Assembly: GCA_963839875.1 (NCBI GenBank)
Contig: CAWIWP010000004.1
Location: forward strand, 86,664-150,663
Direction: 5' to 3'
Source: an uncultured Solirubrobacterales bacterium
GTDB taxonomy: Bacteria > Actinomycetota > Thermoleophilia > Solirubrobacterales > 70-9
Length of the DNA stretch: 64,000 nucleotides
The position numbers were made by a program, and so were the translations under genes. Numbering within the stretch: position 1 is the stretch's first letter; each line of letters opens with the position of its first letter. The notes under the pieces were generated by a model. It was not told where the DNA came from. It did not search any database and was given only the letters and a program-made list of their open reading frames with translations. Of the stretch, positions 60,680 to 64,000 are shown in pieces.

Positions 60680-62340
60680 AAGACCGGGGTCTCGGTGTAG
60701 CGGCCGAATACCTCCTGGAGGGCCTCGATCATCTCGCCCTCCGAGGCCCGGGCCCGGGCGCAGTCGAGGATCGCCGGCATCAGGTTCGCGTCGGTCGCCG
60801 CCTGCGCCTTCAGGTTCGCGAGGGCGGACTCGACCGCCGCACCGTCGCGGCGGGACTTCGTCGCCTCGAGGCGGCCCGTCTGCTTGCGCTCCATCTCGCG
60901 GTCGACCTTCAGGGTCGGGATCTCGTCCTCGCCGGGATCGGTGACGTAGTCGTTGACGCCGACGACGATCCGCTGCTTCGAGTCGACCTCCTGCTGGTAG
61001 CGGAACGACGCGTCGGCGATCTCGCGCTGGGGGTAGTTCTGGTTGATCGCGGCGACCATCCCGCCGAGCTCGTCGATCTTCGCGAAGTAGTCGTAGGCGG
61101 CGCTCTCCATCTCGTCGGTCAGCGACTCGATGAACTAGCCGCCGCCCAGCGGGTCGACGGTGTTGACGACGCCGGACTCGTGGGCGATCACCTGCTGGGT
61201 GCGGAGCGCGAGCCGGACGGCCTTCTCGGTCGGCAGCGCGAGGGCCTCGTCGAACGAGTTGGTGTGGAGCGACTGGGTGCCGCCGAGGACGCCGGCCAGC
61301 GCCTCGATCGTCGTGCGGACGATGTTGACGAGCGGCTGCTGGGCGGTCAGCGAGACGCCCGCCGTCTGGGTGTGGAAGCGCATCCGCATCGAGGCCTCGT
61401 TCTTGGCGCCGTAGGTCTCCTTCATCTCGCGGGCCCAGATGCGGCGGGCGGCGCGGTACTTGGCGATCTCCTCGAAGAAGTCGATGTGGGCGTTGAAGAA
61501 GAAGCTGAGGCGCGGGGCGAAGTCGTCGACGTCCAGTCCGCGCTCGATCGCCTGCTCGACGTAGGTGAACCCGTCCTTCAGCGTGAACGCCAGCTCCTGC
61601 TGGGCCGTCGAGCCCGGCCTCGCGGATGTGGTACCCGGAGATCGAGACCGGGTGCCAGCGCGGCATGTTCTCGGTCGACCACTCGATCATGTCGCCGACC
61701 AGGCGCATCGCCGGCTCGATCGGGAAGCACCACTCCTTCTGGGCGATGTACTCCTTGAGGATGTCGGTCTGGATCGTCCCGCCGAGGCGGTCCGGGGTGA
61801 TCCCCTTCTCCTCCGCCGCGACGACGTAGAAGGCCAGCAGGATCGCGGCGGGGGCGTTGATGGTCATCGAGACGGTGACCTCGTCGAGCGGGATGCCGTC
61901 GAAGAGGGTCTCCATGTCGTCGAGCGTGTCGAGGGCGACCCCCTCCACCCCGACCTCGCCGAGGCTGCGGTCGTGGTCGGAGTCGAGGCCCATCAGGGTC
62001 GGCATGTCGAAGGCGGTCGAGAGCCCGGTCTGGCCGTGGTCGAGCAGGTAGTGGAAGCGCTCGTTGGTCTCCTCGGCGGTCCCGAAGCCGGCGAACTGGC
62101 GCATCGTCCACAGGCGCCCGCGGTACATCGACGGGTAGACGCCGCGGGTGAAGGGGTACTCGCCGGGGTAGCCGATGTCGGCCGGTCGGGGTCGGCCTCG
62201 GCGCGGTCCTCCTCGGTGTAGAGGGGCTTGATCTCGGCGTCCGAGATCGTCGTGAAGAGCGCCTCGCGCTCCTCGAGGCGCTCGTAGACCTCCTCCATCC
62301 ACTCGTGCGCGCGCCGCTGCGCTTCGGGCTCGACGGCCAT
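60676..62340 (-). pseudogene. Methylmalonyl-CoA mutase family, large (substrate-binding TIM-barrel) subunit; 2 frameshifts plus one in-frame TAG
   Basis: [54 protein letters not shown] / [64 protein letters not shown]...[10 protein letters not shown] / [20 protein letters not shown]...[14 protein letters not shown]...[27 protein letters not shown]...[16 protein letters not shown]. Shifts near 62180 and 61613-61615. TAG at 61135-61137. Confidence 0.9.
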
Positions 62341-62385
62341 GACCTGAGTCTAGGCCCGCCGGGGCCCGAAGCGCGGGCGCTGTGC

Positions 62386-63029
62386 CTAGCGAATGGCCAC
62401 GAAGTTCCACCGAGCGTGCTGACGGCGACGGCCACTGCCGATGCCGCTCACCTCGCAGATCTGGAGCCTCAGCGTGTTGGCCGAGACCATGTTCTCCGCC
62501 GGCTGTGCGACGAGCTCGCCCGCCAACACCGGGGCGTCCAGGAACGTCGAACGCGACGACGTCGCCCGCCTGCAGTCCCGGCGCGGTAAAGGTCGCGATT
62601 CCGCATGAGTTGTTGAGGTTCAACACGTTCGTGTTGTTGGCCGTACCGGAGGCCGCGAACTTCGACTTCGTTATGGCCGCCGGGGCGATCTTCGGATGCG
62701 ATGACCGCCTGGTCGGCGAGCTTCCCCGCGGCTACGGCGTTGAGCGCCGATCTTCGCGTTGTTCACCGACAGGTCCTCGATCTTCGGCGAGGTCACCGCG
62801 TCATTCGCGATCTTGGCCGCGGTGACCGCGTTGGCGGCGATCTTGCCCGAGCTGACCGCGTTGCTCTCGATCTTCGGGCCGGTGACGGCGCCGCTACTTG
62901 ATGTTCTTCGCCTTGACCTGATTCGGCTTCAGCTTGACCGCCGCATAGGCGCCGCTGCCGAGAGCGACGAACAGCGCCAGGCACGCGACGACCATCGCCG
63001 GGCTCGGGACGAGTGAGCTTCAGGTTCAT
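62386..63029 (-). pseudogene. Membrane-anchored protein with nine 10-residue repeats (x-N-A-V-T-x-x-K-I-x); at least 5 frame changes
   Basis: GAGGGA SD, then MNLKLTRPEP / MVVACLALFVALGSGAYAAVKLKPNQVKAKNIK / SGAVTGPKIESNAVSSGKIAANAVTAAKIANDAVTSPKIEDLSVNNAKIG / [17 protein letters not shown] / [51 protein letters not shown] / [36 protein letters not shown]... Reconstructed by hand from three frames. The C-terminal end is uncertain. Confidence 0.55.
62687..62930 (-). repeat. Degenerate 30-bp tandem repeat (about 8-9 units) encoding the decapeptide repeat
   Basis: GATCTT (or GAGCTT/GATGTT) recurs at 62687, 62718, 62749, 62779, 62809, 62839, 62869 and 62900 on the plus strand. Spacing is 30 bp, except three 31-bp units that coincide with the frame changes. 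Confidence 0.8.
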
Positions 63030-63101
63030 GAGGATCCCTCTCTGTCGGGCGCCCGTCCCGCGGACGCATTGGCGCGCGACCCTAAGCCATAGGTTTCCGG
63101 G

Positions 63102-63509
63102 ATGGAAGGTCGCTCGAACCGCCGCTGGACGCTCTTCAGCGCCATCGGCATCCCGCTGTGGATCGGCTCGATGGTGCTCGTCGGGGTCCTGAACGACGAC
63201 CCGACCGACCCGACCCCCACGCTCGTCGCCTTCATCGCGGGCGGGACGATCTTCTTCGGGCTGATGTTCGGGATGGCCCTCTGGCAGCAGCTGCGGATGC
63301 GGGCCGACACCGAGGAGGCCCGCTTCGGCAAGGGCGTCGCGATCGGCTATTCGATCACGGGCGCCGTCGTCACGGGCCTCGGGCTCGCAGCGGTGTGGCG
63401 GGCGGGCATCCAGGGGGAGGACGCGACGGTCTTCATCGGCCCGCTGGTCGGGATCGTGGTCCTGTGGGCCGTGGTGGCGGTGTTGCTGATCCGGCGCTAT
63501 TCGAGCTGA
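63102..63509 (+). CDS. Hypothetical membrane protein (about 4 TM helices)
   Basis: 135-aa intact ORF. WTLFSAIGIPLWIGSMVLVGVL, LVAFIAGGTIFFGLMFGMALW, AIGYSITGAVVTGLGLAAVW, IGPLVGIVVLWAVVAVLLI. Confidence 0.55.
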   Translation: MEGRSNRRWTLFSAIGIPLWIGSMVLVGVLNDDPTDPTPTLVAFIAGGTIFFGLMFGMALWQQLRMRADTEEARFGKGVAIGYSITGAVVTGLGLAAVWRAGIQGEDATVFIGPLVGIVVLWAVVAVLLIRRYSS

Positions 63510-63521
63510 GACGGACCGGCG

Positions 63522-64000
63522 CTAACGGCCCGAGCGCATGCTGCGGAACCGGCGGCCCTCGCGGCGGCGGTTGATCAGGGCGCGGCTAGAGGTGCCGGCG
63601 AGCGCCGCCATCAGCGCCGCCGCGCCGATCGCGAGCTTTCGGCCGAGCTGCTCGAAGCGCATCACCCGCCAGCCCTCGGCGCGGGCGACCTCGAGCAGGG
63701 CGTGGTCGGGGTTGACCACCACTGGGTTGCCCACCGCGCGGAGCATCGGCAGGTCGCTCGCCGAGTCCGAATACGCGTACGAGGCGTCTAGATCGATGTT
63801 GTGCTCGGCGGCGAAGCGCTCCATCGCCTCGACCTTGCCCTCGCCGTAGACGAAAGGGCCGTCGAGGCGGCCGGTGTAGAAGTCGTCCGCCCCAACCTCG
63901 TAGGCGGTCCCGATGCCGCCCGACATCCCGAGGACGCGCGCCAGCTCCTGGACCATCTCGTTTCCCGCCGCGCTGACGATGAACGTGGCGCGGCCCTCGT
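63522..64000 (-). CDS. HAD-IB family hydrolase (SerB/phosphoserine-phosphatase-like), C-terminal part; gene runs off the right edge
   Basis: ...GRATFIVSAAGNEMVQELARVLGMSGGIGTAYEV...GEGKVEAMERFAAEHNIDLDASYAYSDSASDLPMLRAVGNPVVVNPD, then a C-terminal TM-like tail LAIGAAALMAALAG. Confidence 0.7.
   Translation of the reverse strand, partial: EGRATFIVSAAGNEMVQELARVLGMSGGIGTAYEVGADDFYTGRLDGPFVYGEGKVEAMERFAAEHNIDLDASYAYSDSASDLPMLRAVGNPVVVNPDHALLEVARAEGWRVMRFEQLGRKLAIGAAALMAALAGTSSRALINRRREGRRFRSMRSGR

Noticed and set aside
61135-61137. TAG as a recoded codon (pyrrolysine or programmed readthrough) in the mutase.
   Set aside because: The position corresponds to a conserved Tyr. No pyl genes or recoding context are visible, and the same gene also has two plain frameshifts.
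62687-62930. 30-bp periodic repeat considered as a CRISPR array or other non-coding repeat.
   Set aside because: There are no unique spacers between units. The units are contiguous, degenerate and translate into a continuous decapeptide repeat within a gene that has an SD, a start codon and a TM anchor.

Overview
GC-rich (roughly 70% by eye), densely coding 64 kb window with about 70 genes, three quarters on the minus strand. All calls come from reading the ORF track and translating by hand; no searches were run.

Gene order matches the conserved actinobacterial housekeeping block: rpmE, DUF1385, prfA, prmC, tsaC, glyA, a wecA-like GT4, then the ATP synthase operon atpB-E-F-H-A-G-D-C. Around it sit:
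- nadA and nadC
- an Fpg/Nei glycosylase
- an ECF sigma factor coupled to an Ogt methyltransferase
- an OmpR-type two-component module
- prfB with its programmed +1 frameshift
- secA, hpf and comF
- a cell-envelope sugar operon (M20 peptidase, LCP, ugd, manC-like, PGI/PMI)
- a MacB-type ABC pair
- etfBA plus ETF-QO
- a split methylmalonyl-CoA mutase
- several TetR, MerR and NarL regulators

I found no rRNA, tRNA, CRISPR array, transposase or integrase. Apart from a 334-nt gap upstream of the atp operon, intergenic gaps are under 140 nt.

The dominant unexplained signal is technical-looking. At least ~50 single-base frame changes and one in-frame TAG break about 25 genes, including essential ones (secA, atpA, atpB, atpC, atpF). 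They sit mostly in short G/C runs and cluster in blocks. I read this as run-length sequencing or assembly error, not biology. Broken genes are typed pseudogene only to describe the sequence as given.

I found no convincing new multi-gene system. The most interesting leads are:
- a stand-alone HisKA_3 dimerisation-domain protein with Gln in place of the phospho-accepting His, next to a NarL-type regulator
- an ECF sigma factor translationally coupled to an N-terminally extended Ogt where an anti-sigma factor would be expected
- probable CTG start codons (nadC, ugd, one NTF2-like gene)
- long acidic C-terminal tails on ATP synthase alpha and beta
- a membrane-anchored protein built from a 10-residue (30-bp) repeat
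- a possible small ORF in the 334-bp gap
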